From NCBI GenBank assembly GCA_951406725.2, contig OX597814.1:169260001-169324000 (forward strand): a DNA stretch of 64,000 bases, written 5' to 3'. The stretch comes from Octopus vulgaris. Taxonomy: Eukaryota. This document shows positions 1 through 11,250 of the stretch, piece after piece (positions within the stretch are counted from its first letter, which is position 1; each line of letters starts with the position of its first letter). Under the pieces are notes generated by a model. It saw only the letters and a program-made list of their open reading frames with translations, was not told the DNA's origin and did not search any database. A program made the position numbers and the translations under genes.

Positions 1-259
1 CGTTTGGAGTGCTTTTTTCATGTTACTAGCATGGGAGCCAGTCAGAGGGCACTGACATTGGCCATGTTCAGATGGTGCTTTTTACGTACCACTGGCATGG
101 GAGGCTTTAAGACATGCAGGTACACAGTTATTGTTGATTCATATTAATGCAATAATGTGCATAATATGTGAAACACTCAGCAATTATCAGAGACATTTGT
201 AGTGATTTGGCTTAAAGCCTGTTCATTCTATCATCTTGTATCCTAATTATATATACATA

Positions 260-1094
260 CAGGGAGCAATGGGTAAATTGTTGCCATTATATATTTTTAA
301 TTTCGAGCATGTGCATTTTTTGTTTTTGATTTTACCGACTACACAGTATAGTAGAAAAACGTAATTCACTCTGCCAGAAATTTGGAAATGACATGCTGTA
401 CTGCTTCACATTTGTGTCAGAAGCTCAAATTCAAACACTTCAGTATGTTGGGTGTCAATCTGAGTGACCAGAACATGTACTGAGATGGATAAAAATCAAA
501 CATCCAGCCAACATCATGGTGTTAGGTGTGATCACTAGTGATGGCAACATTATACCTCCATTCATCTTCCCACACAGCCTCAGACCCAATACAGAGGCCT
601 GCATTAAGTGCCTGGAGGAAGTAGTGCTGCCCTGGGTCAAGAGGGTGGTTGCTAGAAGACCCTATGTCTGGCAACAGGACTCTGCACCATGCCGCACAAG
701 CTGGAGAACCCATTCATGGATGTCACACTATCTCTGCAACTACATCGCCCTTAACATCTGGCCAGCTAACTACCCAGACTGCTACCTACTTGATTATTAT
801 GCGTGGGGCACAGTTGAGCAAGAGATCAACAAAACTCTTTATAACACCAAAGTTGAACTGAATGCAAGGATTATGGCAGCATTTACCAACTCAAACGAGG
901 AAACTGTCCAGAACAGTTGCAGGAGATTCCAAAGTCATCTGGAGGCTATCAATGGCAATTTTATTGACTAAATTTACTCTTTAGTATTTCAAGATATTCT
1001 TATGTAATTTTGGTAAATATATCTGTTAAAATGAGATGTCAGTATTATTTTCATTTTTGCATAATTTAGATGACAATTCATTCACCACACCCAG
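260..1094 (+). mobile_element. Decayed, internally deleted Tc1/mariner DNA transposon (DD37D/maT family)
   Basis: Degenerate TIRs (CAGGGAGCAATGGGTAAATTGT / GACAATTCATTCACCACACCCAG) flanked by TA; contains a transposase fragment. Confidence 0.75.
516..971 (+). pseudogene. maT/DD37D transposase catalytic-domain fragment
   Basis: Translation has VWQQDSAP...IWPANYPDCYLLDYYAWG; 37 residues between the second and third catalytic D (counted by hand); N-terminus missing. Confidence 0.85.
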
Positions 1095-1106
1095 TATATA
1101 TATATT

Positions 1107-1503
1107 ATTTTATTCTTTTATTTGTTTCAGTCATTTGACTGCAGCCATGCTGGAGCACCACCTTGAAGGAATTTAGTTGAACAAATCGACCCAGGACTAA
1201 TTTTTTTAAAGCTTAGTACTTATTCTATCGATATCTTTTGTTGAACTGCTAAGTTACAGGGATGTAAACACAGCAACACTAGGTATCAAGCGATGATGGG
1301 GAGACAAACACAGACCCAAAGATACACACACACACATATGATGGGCTTTTTTCAGTTTCCATTTACCAAATCCACTTACAAGGCTTTGGTCAGCCCGAGG
1401 CAATAGTAGAAGGCACTTGCCCAAGATGCTACGCAGTGGGACTGAACCTGGAACCACGTGGTTGGGAAGCAAGCTTCTTACCACACAGCCATGCCTGCAC
1501 CTA
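1107..1503 (-). mobile_element. tRNA-derived SINE, family A (CORE-like CTTGGGCAAGT centre, GTAAAAGA-type tail)
   Basis: A/B-box-like head, internal (CA)/(TA) tract; many copies in the window. Confidence 0.8.
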
Positions 1504-1739
1504 TATTCATGTATATATAGTAAGTCAGTAGAGTATAATTTGAGGGAGATTCGGTTGCTGTTTCTTCAAGGGTGAGCAACTGTGAGGCTCCCTCAGTAGC
1601 TCATTTTAATTCATATTTTCCCAGTAGTTATTAAATTGCAGCCGTTTAAACAAAATAAACATCAGGCCTATCATTCTATCCTCACCAGACTGGTAGGACC
1701 AGCAATGTATGCTAAGCCTCTCATTTTCCCCCTCCACCC

Positions 1740-2150
1740 CTCTCCTCCTCCTTCTTTGTCTTCTGCTTTCATTCTTCTTTACTTCTTTTTCAATCTTCTT
1801 TCAATCTCCTTTTAATCTTCTCTCTATCTTCTTTTAATCTTCTTCCATTCTTCTTCTTCTTCTTCTTCTTCTTCTTCTTCTTCTTCTTTTTCTCCTCCTC
1901 CTCCTTCTCTTCTTCTTCTTCTTTCATTCTTCTTCTTCTTCTTCTTCTTCCTTCATTCTTTCTTCTTCTCCTCCTCCTCCTCCTTTTCTTCTTCTTCTTC
2001 TTCTTCTTCTTCTTCTTCTTCTTCTTCTTCTTCTTCTTCTTCTTTCATTCTTTCATTCTTCTTTCATTCTTCTTTCTTCTTTCTTCTTTCTTTGATTCTT
2101 CTTTCTTCTTTCTTCCTTCAGTCTTCGCTTCTTTCATCCTTCTTTCGTTC
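1740..2150. repeat. (TTC)n/(CTC)n polypyrimidine tract
   Basis: Read directly. Confidence 0.95.
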
Positions 2151-3297
2151 ATTCAATCTGACACTCGGGTCCAATTAAACAACAGACGAAAAGCATTAAA
2201 ATTTCCCCCTTTCATGTTGCAATGTTTTTTTTTTATTCACATATCAGTTTTTATACCTATGCACATGCTGATCACACACACGCATACGCACACACACACA
2301 CACAAACACACACACACAGCACACACACACATGTATACATGCTCATGCATTCATGCATATATATATATATATATATATAAAACAATCTAAGACTTAGGGA
2401 GATACCTCAGTAAAAGAGAAGAAAATTGATTTTCACAGAGGAGTTTTTCTCACCGAAGCAAGAGTTGTATGTAAAGTGCATATGGTAGTCTGTGTAACGG
2501 AAGCACAATTATCTGTGACTGAAGAGAAAATTATCGTTTTATAAGCCAGACTGACATACAGTAAGGACTAGATGGAATAAGGGTGGGAGTCATTGTTTTA
2601 CTATAGATATTTGTAAGTATAATGGATATTTAAGCTCAACATGTTGAAGAAATTGAGAGAAAGAAGAAGGGGAAATATAGAGGAGGGAGATAGAGATAGA
2701 GATAGAGAGAGAGACAGACAGAGATAGAGGAAAAGGAAAAGGAAAGATCTATGGTTGTTTTGTACAAGAACCATGTCAAAGAGGAAGCGGGAGAGAAGAG
2801 TAAAGTGAGAGCGAGGGAGAGGGAGGAGAGATGGAGAGTCAGACAAAAGGAAGTCAAGATTAAAGCTTTCAGTGTTTTTATTATACTTTGAAAATTTGAT
2901 ATCAGTATTAAGATAAATAAATAATTCCTGTTGAGATTATGGCATCAATGAAGTAAAACTAAATAAAACAAGATTACGAGACATGAAAGAACACACAAAC
3001 ACACACACGTGTGCATGTGCGCACATATGCACAATAATCACACTTAAGTTTAGAAGGTAATTACAGCACATTTCTTGTATATTTTTCTAAAAGTAACAAT
3101 GTTTATTTTCCAGTTGCTTCTTTCAAGTAAACAAATGAGCAGTGGGATAGCTAGACTGTGTGCCTCTCAGAGCAGCACTTGAGTATTTTCCCTACCCACA
3201 ACTGTGCCAATATAGCCTATACAGGCTTAGACAGCAGGCCTAAAAGTATTGCTTGAGGTGAAAGACCTTTGCTCCACAACTATATATAAGCCTTACA

Positions 3298-3442
3298 GGA
3301 GTGGCTGTGTGGTAAGTAGTTTGCTTACTAACCACATGGTTCTGAGTTCAGTTCCACTGTGTGGCATGGTGGGTAAGTGTCTTCTACTATAGCCTTGGGC
3401 TCTGTGAGTGGATTTGGTATATAGAAACTGAAAGAAGCCCGT
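3298..3442 (+). mobile_element. SINE family A head
   Basis: GGAGTGGCTGTGTGGTAAG...GAGTTCAGTTCC...GGAAACTGAAAGAAGCCCG-like sequence, ending in (TA)n. Confidence 0.8.
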
Positions 3443-3469
3443 AATATATATATATATATACATATATAT

Positions 3470-3686
3470 ATACCAGAGTAAGCACATAAATGCAAAACAA
3501 GGTGGAAAAAATGAAACTGGAATACCAGAGGTAGAGTAATATGCTTTATTGAAAAGCACCAGAAATATTACAAAAACTGTTACTCAGAGTTTCATGTTCC
3601 CGTTCGTCAGACAGTTTATCTCTCTCTCTATCTCTCTCTCTCTCCTCTACATTTCCCCTCTTCTTTCTCTCTATTTCTTCAACATA
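3470..3686 (-). mobile_element. Penelope-like terminal repeat fragment (hammerhead-bearing), abutting (TA)n
   Basis: Contains a hammerhead motif followed on the minus strand by AATAAA and a tail ending in (TA)n; its GA-rich part resembles 2641-2700 in inverted orientation. Confidence 0.65.
3574..3617 (-). ncRNA. Type I hammerhead ribozyme motif
   Basis: Minus strand AAACUGU-CUGACGA-ACGGGAACAU-GAAAC-UCUGA-GUA-ACAGUUU; perfect 7-bp stem I, one mismatch in stem II. Confidence 0.8.
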
Positions 3687-3888
3687 TTTGGTACTACCTC
3701 CGAGATCTGCACCCGCAGTTGGCTTCACCTGGGCTCGTGCTCGCAGCTTGCATGCACGCCACGGTGCCCTCCTACTTGACCGGGCATCGGAAAGTCGCCT
3801 TGCCAGCGATCGCGCAACCTGTTGCCTGGCCGGTCCGGCATCGGTTGCTCGCTCCAGCGCCATCCACTTTCGTGGCCAGTCGATTCGG
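3683..3888 (-). pseudogene. Dispersed 28S (LSU) rRNA fragment
   Basis: Minus strand CCGAATCGACTGGCCACGAAAGTGGATGGCGCTGGAGCG...GTGCAGATCTCGGAGGTAGTACCAAATAT matches the conserved eukaryotic LSU cores GAAAATGGATGGCGCT and GTGCAGATCTTGGTGGTAGTAGCAAATAT; GC-rich island. Confidence 0.85.
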
Positions 3889-4129
3889 TACACTGCACAT
3901 GTAGTTCAAGAAATAAACTTTAGTGCACATTGTGTCAAATTAAATCTGCTTGAATATCATGAAGGGCTATGTGGTTAAGAAACTTGTGGCTTTGTGGTTA
4001 AGACACCAGTATGGCCACAGTCTAATGACTGAAACAAGTAAAAGATGAAAATAGAAAAATTAAACCGGATACAAGATTCATCATGTGTGTGTGTGGGGGG
4101 GTGTAATTTCAGTCATTTTAATCTTCTTT

Positions 4130-4552
4130 CATTCTTCTTCTTCTTCTTCTTCTTCTTCTTCTCCTCCTCCTTCTTCTTCTTCTCCTCCTCCTCCTTCCCC
4201 TTCCCCTTTTCTTCTTCTTCTTCTTCTTCTTCTTCTTCTTCTTCCCCTTCCCCCTTTTCTTCTTCTTCTCCCTTTTCTCCCTTTTCTCCTCCTCCTCCTT
4301 CTCCCTTTCTTCTTCTTCTTCTTCTTCTTCTTCTTCTTCTTCTTCTCCTCCGCCTCCTCCTCCTCCTCCTCCTCCTCATTCTTCTTCTTTTTCTTCCTCC
4401 TCCTCCTCCTCCTCTCCCCCTCCCCTCCCTCCCCCTTCCCCTCCCCTCCCCTCCCCCTGCCCCTCCCCCTGCCCCTGCCCCTCCCCCCTTCTTCTTCTTC
4501 TTCTTCTTCTTCTTCTTCTTCTTCTTCTTCTTCTTCCTCCTCCTCTTCCTTT
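4130..4552. repeat. (TTC)n/(CTC)n/(CCCCT)n tract
   Basis: Read directly. Confidence 0.95.
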
Positions 4553-4884
4553 GAATTTGCTGCAGAAAGTTGGTCTATGTTTGTGGTGATGGGGAATGGT
4601 GGTGGTGGTGGTGGTAGGGAGTGCTAGGAGTGCTCAAAGCCATTACCAGCTCTTCATGACTGATGAGGTTCATGCAGGTAATGTTTAACTCGAACATCTA
4701 TAAATTGATGATGCCTGCAGGAAAGAAATATGTGAACGAAGAAAAGGAATCCAGGGGAAAACTCTTTTAGATGTGGGGAGGTCTAAGTGTCAGGAGGATG
4801 TTGTGAGGATGTGACAGGAAGACGAAAGACAGATGGAGCTAGTGGTGCACGACTTTCTACTTCAGGAGAATAGTAAGTTTTATA

Positions 4885-5372
4885 TATTTCTTTACTACCC
4901 ACAAGGGGCTAAACACAGAAGGGATAAACAAAGACAGACAAATGGATTAAGTTGATTATATCGACCCCAGTGTATAGGGTGGCGAGCTGGCAGAAACGTT
5001 AGCGCACTGGGTGAAATGCTTAGCGGTATTTCGTCTGTCGTTACCTTCTGAGTTCAAATTCCGCCGAGGTCAACTTTGCCTTTCATCCTTTCGGGGTCGA
5101 TAAATAAAGTACCAGTTTCGCACTGGGGTCGATGTAATTGACTTAATCCCTTTGTCTGTCCTTGTTTGTCCCCTCTATGTTTAGCCCCTTGTGGGTAGTA
5201 AAGAAATATATATCGACCCCAGTGTGTAACTGGTACTTATTTGATCGACCCCGAAAGTATGGAAGGCAAACCTCAACCTCGGCGGAACTTGAACTCAGAA
5301 TGTAGCGGCAGACGAAATACTGCTGAATATTTCGCCCGGCATGCTAACGTTTCTGCTAGCTCACCGCCCTTA
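4885..5372 (-). mobile_element. SINE family B (tRNA head, Nin/Deu-like core), with a second copy nested in opposite orientation at 4976-5208
   Basis: Outer TSD GGAGAATAGTAAGTTTTATA (4865-4884, 5374-5393); inner TSD TATATCGACCCCAGTGT (4957-4973, 5209-5225); core GCCTTTCATCCTTTCGGGGTCGATAAA. Confidence 0.85.
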
Positions 5373-5669
5373 TGGAGAATAGTAAGTTTTATAGTAATGG
5401 TAGAAGAGACAAAGGCACGGACCAGTCTGTTGAGGTTGGAGGTTTATGAATCTATGGTCAGTCTTTCCTTTGCCTTGATGTTGTTTATCCCCAGGCCAGC
5501 TCTTATCTAAGGAATTTATTGCCAAAGATGTTCCATCTACGACTATCATATCTTTTATTATAATACACTATATCCAGAGCTACATTACTCATTTGGTCCC
5601 ATTTTTTTGTTTGTTTTTGTAATCTAATAGGGATGATTAAGGTGGTGAGCTGACAGAGTCGTTAGTATA

Positions 5670-6400
5670 CTCTTTACTCTTTTACTCTTTTATTTGTTTC
5701 AGTCATGTGACTGTGGCCATGCTGGAGCACCACCTTTGGTCGAGCAAATTGACCCCAGGACTTATTATTTGTAAACCTAGTACTTATTCTATCGATCTCT
5801 TTTTTGCCAAACTGCTAAGTTACAGGGACATAAACACACCAGCATCGGTTGTCAAGCGATGTTGGGGGGACAAACACAGACCCGGTGCCAGTGACATGTA
5901 AAAAGCACCATCCGAACGTGGCAGATGCCAGCGCCGCCTGACTGGCATCTGTGTCGGTGACATGTAAAAGCACCAACCGATTGTGGCCGTTTGCCAGCTT
6001 CCTCTGGCTCCTGTGCCGGTGGCACGTAAAAATCACCCACTACACTCACAGAGTGGTTGGCATTAGGAAGGGCATCCATCTGTAGAAACACTGGCAGATC
6101 AGACTGGAGCCTGGTGCAGCCTCCTGGCTTCCCAGACCCTGGTCGAACCATCCAACTCATGCTAGCATGGAAAACGGACGTTAAACGATGATGATGATGA
6201 CAATGATGATGATACACATATATATATATACATATATACGATGGGCTTCTTTCAGTTTCCGTTTACCAAATCCACTCACAAGGCTTTGGTCGGTCCAAGG
6301 ATATAGTAGAAAACACTTGCCCAAGGTGCCACGCAGTGGGACCAAACCCGGAACCATGTGGTTCATAAGCAAGCTACTTACCACAAAACCACTCCTACGC
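5670..6400 (-). mobile_element. SINE family A interrupted by a plus-strand LINE 3' UTR fragment (5881-6212, (GAT)n tail)
   Basis: Two halves of family A flank a GTGCCGGTGGCACGTAAAA...GGACGTTAAAC(GAT)n segment. Confidence 0.75.
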
Positions 6401-7519
6401 CTGCTTAGCGACATTTCATCTGTCTTCACATTCTGAGTTCAAATTCTGCTGTGGCTGACTTTGCTCTTCATCTTTTGGAGACAATAAAATAAATACCAGC
6501 TGAGCACTGGGGTCAGTTTAAGACTTACCCCTTGCAACTGCTGGCTCTGTACCAACATTTGAAGCCAGTATAATGGGAATGATTTAGAATTGATTGCTAT
6601 TTTTATCAGGATGAATGATCATACAGTTCTTGGCTTGTTTTAGCCTTATATTATGGTGTAGGTGAGTTAATGCAACTTAGAATCTTTGTGACATGAGCAG
6701 CTGTGTTCTGAATAAAATATATGAACTTTTCTTTATCCTATAACAATGATAGCTACTAATTTCTCTGTTAGAAAGGAAATAGCATGTTGATAGCAATAAA
6801 TTGATCCTATCTAGATAGAGAGAATAAATATACAAGCACAAAAATAACAAACAACAAATATTATCATAAAAAAGATAGCATCAGTTTTCTATAAGTAATT
6901 TTTAGAAAGAATTTTGGAATTTATTTCATATATGTTTGTGTGTGTGTGCTTGTGTGCAAGCACAAGCATGGCTTTGTGGTGAGAAGTTTGCTTCCCAACC
7001 ACATGGTTTCAAGTTCATTCCTACTGTGTGGCACCTTGTGCATGGGTCTTCTATTATGTCCTTGAGCTGGCCAAGCCGTGTGAATTTGGTAGATGGAAAC
7101 TGAAAGAAGCTTGTCATGTATATATTTTTATGGTTATATACTGTTAAGAACATAGCATACAGTATAAAGCTTGTCTACCTTCAGAGTTCACACTGTGCTA
7201 TCCGGTAGTAGTATTATATGTACTTCTAGATATGTATTTGGGCTTCTGTCCAACCATACTCCTTCTTGTTGACTCCATCTTATTCAATTATATATATATA
7301 ATATAATATATATAATAATATTATATATATATAATATAATTAGGGCTTAGTAAAATAAATTACTTCGCCACATACTGAACTTAATAGAAATAGCAGCCAA
7401 AAAAATTTTTTTAGCCATTTCTACTACTTAAAGAAAATTTCTCTCAGATAATGTTTACTCAAGATAACTCACGAAGGTATGGAGGTAAATACAGAAAAAT
7501 ATCACAAGTACAAAGATCG

Positions 7520-7582
7520 TTTGAGAACGTCAACGTTTCTAGATTAGCCAAATAAAATCAGCATTTCTTTCGTCAGCTCAAA
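7520..7582 (-). ncRNA. Type I hammerhead motif (mirror copy)
   Basis: Exact reverse complement of 7851-7913. Confidence 0.75.
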
Positions 7583-7850
7583 ATTTCTTAATTTGGATTT
7601 GGAAACACTAAAAAGAAAGAACTTTACCTCTCGGTAATTCATTTCTCTCTGTCATACTGCCTCGGTTCTCGCGGTTAAAATATAATGTTTGCTAGATAGA
7701 CCACGTGGGTGGAAGAGGAGTGCAGGAATTTACGCTTGCGCATTTTGAATTTGTTAGCACTGGCAGTTTGAGCTGGTTCATCTGAGGTGATAAGTTCGCC
7801 GAGAGGTAAAGTTCTTTCTTTTTAGTGTTTCCAAATCCAAATTAAGAAAT

Positions 7851-7913
7851 TTTGAGCTGACGAAAGAAATGCTGATTTTATTTGGCTAATCTAGAAACGT
7901 TGACGTTCTCAAA
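7851..7913 (+). ncRNA. Type I hammerhead ribozyme motif
   Basis: UUUGAG-CUGACGA-(A)AGA...UCU(A)-GAAAC-GUUGAC-GUU-CUCAAA; 6-bp stem I. Confidence 0.8.
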
Positions 7914-8209
7914 CGATCTTTGTACTTGTGATATTTTTCTGTATTTACCTCCATACCTTCGTGAGTTATCTTGAGTAAACATTATCTGAGAGAAATTTTC
8001 TTTAAGTAGTAGAAATGGCTAAAAAATTTTTTTTGGCTGCTATTTCTATTAAGTTCAGTATGTGGCAAAGTAATTTATTTTACTAAGCCCTAATTATATA
8101 ATGTAATATTTTGAATTCGCCTTAAATGGTCCTTTTACATACTGAACACTTGGTGAAATTGATTAATTAATTTTACCCTCAATTGTTGATATATATATAT
8201 ATATATATA

Positions 8210-8544
8210 GAAATTCGGGGTGAGTACTTGATAATTATAAGCACCTGTGTATACCGTTTGGTGGTGTAGGTGGTGGAGTAAATTGATCAAAATAAAAACA
8301 TGATGCCAAGGATTCAGCGGTACATATGTTTCGGGCCTTTATTAGACAGATTTATAACAATGCATAATGTATGTCTGTGGCCTTCTTCAGCCGCGCACAA
8401 CAGCGTAACACATGTCCTTGTGGAAGCTGTTGTGCGCGGCTGAAGAAGGCCACAGACATACATTATGCATTGTTATAAATCTGTCTAATAAAGGCCCGAA
8501 ACATATGTACCGCTGAATCCTTGGCATCATGTTTTTATTTTGAT

Positions 8545-8548
<4 letters not shown>
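8210..8548 (-). mobile_element. Palindromic Penelope-like element, family P2
   Basis: 123-bp inverted arms 8282-8404 / 8426-8548, 21-bp spacer, tail 8210-8281, (TA)n on both sides. Confidence 0.8.
8436..8513 (+). ncRNA. Type I hammerhead motif (mirror copy on minus strand at 8317-8394)
   Basis: GCGG-CUGAAGA-AGGCC...GGCCC-GAAAC-AUAU-GUA-CCGC; self-complementary stem III ACAUAUGU. Confidence 0.8.
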
Positions 8549-8582
<34 letters not shown>

Positions 8583-8588
8583 TAAAAC

Positions 8589-8901
8589 TTAGGGTATCTA
8601 CAAGACACTGTCATGCTGAAAATAGCAGCCAGGATCTGACTCTAAAATCACATTAAGTGTTCATATAGCACAAAGAGAGAAGACAAAAAGACAAAATAAA
8701 AGTAGTAAAAAATTAATGGATAATTCCAGATCTTGGATTTCTGACTTTGCATTTAGAAATGCTTTTTTTACTAGTAATTTTTTATTAGATTTATTTAGTC
8801 TTTTTGTCTTCTCTCTTTGTACTATATGAACACTTAATGTGGTTTTAGAGTCAGATCCTGACTGCTATTTTCAGCATGGTGGTATCTCGTAGATACCCTA
8901 A
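8589..8901. repeat. Diverged inverted repeat (~105-bp arms) next to (TA)n
   Basis: TTAGGGTATCTAC...AAAAAGAC (8589-8692) versus GTCTTTTT...GTAGATACCCTAA (8798-8901); shares AAATAGCAGCC with P1; no hammerhead seen. Confidence 0.75.
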
Positions 8902-9039
8902 ATTATAATTTTAATAATAATTATTACCTTTGAAGGTTTTTATTTCCATGCTGGCTACTTGATAAGATCATTATTTAACTTAAATTAACGATCTTAGAAA
9001 ATAGGTTTCAAAGAAGAAAGACCACACGTAGTATAAATA

Positions 9040-9417
9040 GGGGAAAAGTAAAAAGGATGCAAAGAAAATGCACATTAGGTACAAAAAAATAAAGGCATTT
9101 TTAAGAAAAGCAAAGATATATGCATACTATTAGATGATTTGAAGTGGAATTTTGAAATATAAAAATCATAATTATGAATCGTTATAAAGATTCAAAGTCA
9201 TATCTGTCATATCTTTCATTTGAAAGTCAGTGATCAGCTCTGACGATACCAAAATGACTTTGAATCTCTATAATGATTCATAATAAGGATTTTTATACTT
9301 CATAATTCCACCTCAAATCATCTAATTGTATGTATATATATCTTTGCTTTTCTTAAAAAAGGCCTTTATTTTTTATATCTAATGTGCATTTTTTGTTTTA
9401 TTTTTATTTTTCCCCTA
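9040..9417. repeat. Diverged inverted repeat (~160-bp arms)
   Basis: ...AAGAAAAGCAAAGATATA...GATTCAAAGTCAT versus ATGACTTTGAATC...TATATCTTTGCTTTTCTT. Confidence 0.7.
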
Positions 9418-9509
9418 CATATATATAATATAAACCATTGGTCACTCATTGGCTGGACATAAACTTAATTACTTATATATATATATGATCATGGTGATAT
9501 ATATATATA

Positions 9510-9810
9510 TCACTGTGATCACCGTGACCGACCAGGCTATCAGATGTTGCTACACATCGCTGGTCACAATGCGCTTCGCATTGTTTTAGCCTACAAATGA
9601 CGCCACCCTGCTGGCTAAGTGAGAAGGCCAACAGAAGAAAGAGCGAGGGAAAGTTGCGGCGAAAGAGTACAGCAGGGATTGCCACCCCACCCCCTGCCGG
9701 AGCCTCGTGGATCTTTAGGTGTTTTCGCTCAATAAACACTCACACTGCCTGGTCTGGGAATCGAAACCGCGAGTCCGCTGCCCTAATTGCTGGGCCATTG
9801 CACTTCCACA
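9510..9810 (-). mobile_element. tRNA-derived SINE family C, tail type 1
   Basis: Head is the reverse complement of the family C consensus (GCAATGGCCCAG...CGGTTTCGATTCCCAGACC), as at 48280. Confidence 0.75.
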
Positions 9811-10406
9811 AGCAGTAAAGGGTACAAGAATCCGGGCATTTCTAGGAAAGTTCTTCATTAGAGAGAGAATAATTTTTTTATGTTAATGGTGCTACTAAGA
9901 ACACAAGAATGATGCTCTCTTAATTGTTTCTAATTTTTCACCTCCTTGCTTAGCATGGCTTAGAATAAGTTTTCATAGCTTCTTTTGTAATTTTAATTTA
10001 TCCATCACATTTGAAAAGGAATAAAATCTATCTGTCACAAGGGGTGTGGTGTTTCATGGGAAAGGTGTTGAAAAGGACATTCATCATTGATAAGGACCAA
10101 AGCTGTGACAGATGAACTTTGACAAACTAATTAATCAATTAGTTAATTAGCAATTATTTAATTAATTGATAATAAAGCTGAAATAAAATACAACTAATGA
10201 ATGCATTTTAATTGATAGCTTAACCTCCACCATAAAGTGCAACAATATTCGTTTCAGTGCTGGAATTCACATTCAGAATCTTCTAAAATAGATAATCGTT
10301 ATTGGCCCAACCATACAGAAAATATATTCCTTAATACTATCTTTGCAATAAATGTTTTCTGCTATAATTGCTGAAATAACTGAAATAATATTTTTTTGAA
10401 TAATGA

Positions 10407-10467
<61 letters not shown>

Positions 10468-10524
10468 GTGTGTGTATATATATATATATATATACATATA
10501 TACATATTCCGTGATTGTTACCTA

Positions 10525-10863
10525 CATCACCTCACTGGCACTTGTGCTGGTGGCACGTGAAAAAACATTCAAATGAGGTCGTTGCCAGTGCCGCTGGACT
10601 GGCTCCTGTGCAGGTGGCACATAAAAAGCACTATTTGACCGTGGCCACTGCCAGTACTGCCTGACTGGCCCTCATGCCGTGCCGGTGGCACGTAAAAGCA
10701 CCCACTACACTCTCGGAGTGGTTGGTGTTAGGAAGGGCATCCAGCCGTAGGAACTCTGCCAGATCAGATTGGAGTCTAGTGCAGCCATCTGGTTTGCCAG
10801 GCTTCAGTCAAATCATCCAACCCATGCTAGTATGGAAAACAGACGTTAAACAATGATGATGAT
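10525..10863 (+). mobile_element. RTE-type LINE 3' UTR fragment with (GAT)n tail
   Basis: Same sequence as the 3' UTR attached to the RTE-like ORF end at 60143-61010. Confidence 0.7.
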
Positions 10864-10888
10864 ATATATATATATATATATATATATA

Positions 10889-11250
10889 GGCGAGTTAAAT
10901 TAGAGGTTATAAAAACCGTCTAAGGGATACTTGTATCCAATGAATTAACTGGTGTTTTACCTAAAGGTTTTCAGAGGGATAGCATGTAACATATTGGAAT
11001 ATCCTTACTTTTTTTCTTTCTTTTTCTTTACTTTTCTGCTCTGATGAACTTCCACTATTTAAGTTGGCTTAATTAATTATTTACAATAATAATAATTATT
11101 ATTATTGTAGTAATTAGGCCTGATTATGCCCTAAATAGCCTCAACAAAAACAGCTGTTAGATGAGATAATGTGTCTTTTTTATAATCAATAAATAATAAT
11201 TGATGTTTGTCAATTATCAATTTTATCTCCACTTTCTTATTTTCCTTATG
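10889..11250 (+). mobile_element. (TA)n/(TG)n-flanked element with a degenerate hammerhead-like motif
   Basis: CTGATGA at 11041 ... AAAAC-AGCT-GTT at 11147-11158 (G of GAAA lost, stem I poor), then AATAAA. Confidence 0.4.

Larger units (their letters stand above)
7333..8189 (+). mobile_element. Palindromic Penelope-like non-autonomous element, family P1
   Basis: 302-bp near-perfect inverted arms 7333-7634 / 7799-8100, 164-bp spacer, ~90-bp tail, (TA)n on both sides; homologous to 44741-45525. Confidence 0.8.

Noticed and set aside
3683-3888. Functional rRNA gene
   Set aside because: Only ~205 bp with no adjacent rDNA; recorded as a dispersed fragment
4655-4700. CTGATGA...CGAAC hammerhead-like motif
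   Set aside because: GAAA incomplete, no GUH or stem I. Similar partial hits near 2518, 10045-10090, 21950-22005, 25015 and 50604 also fail
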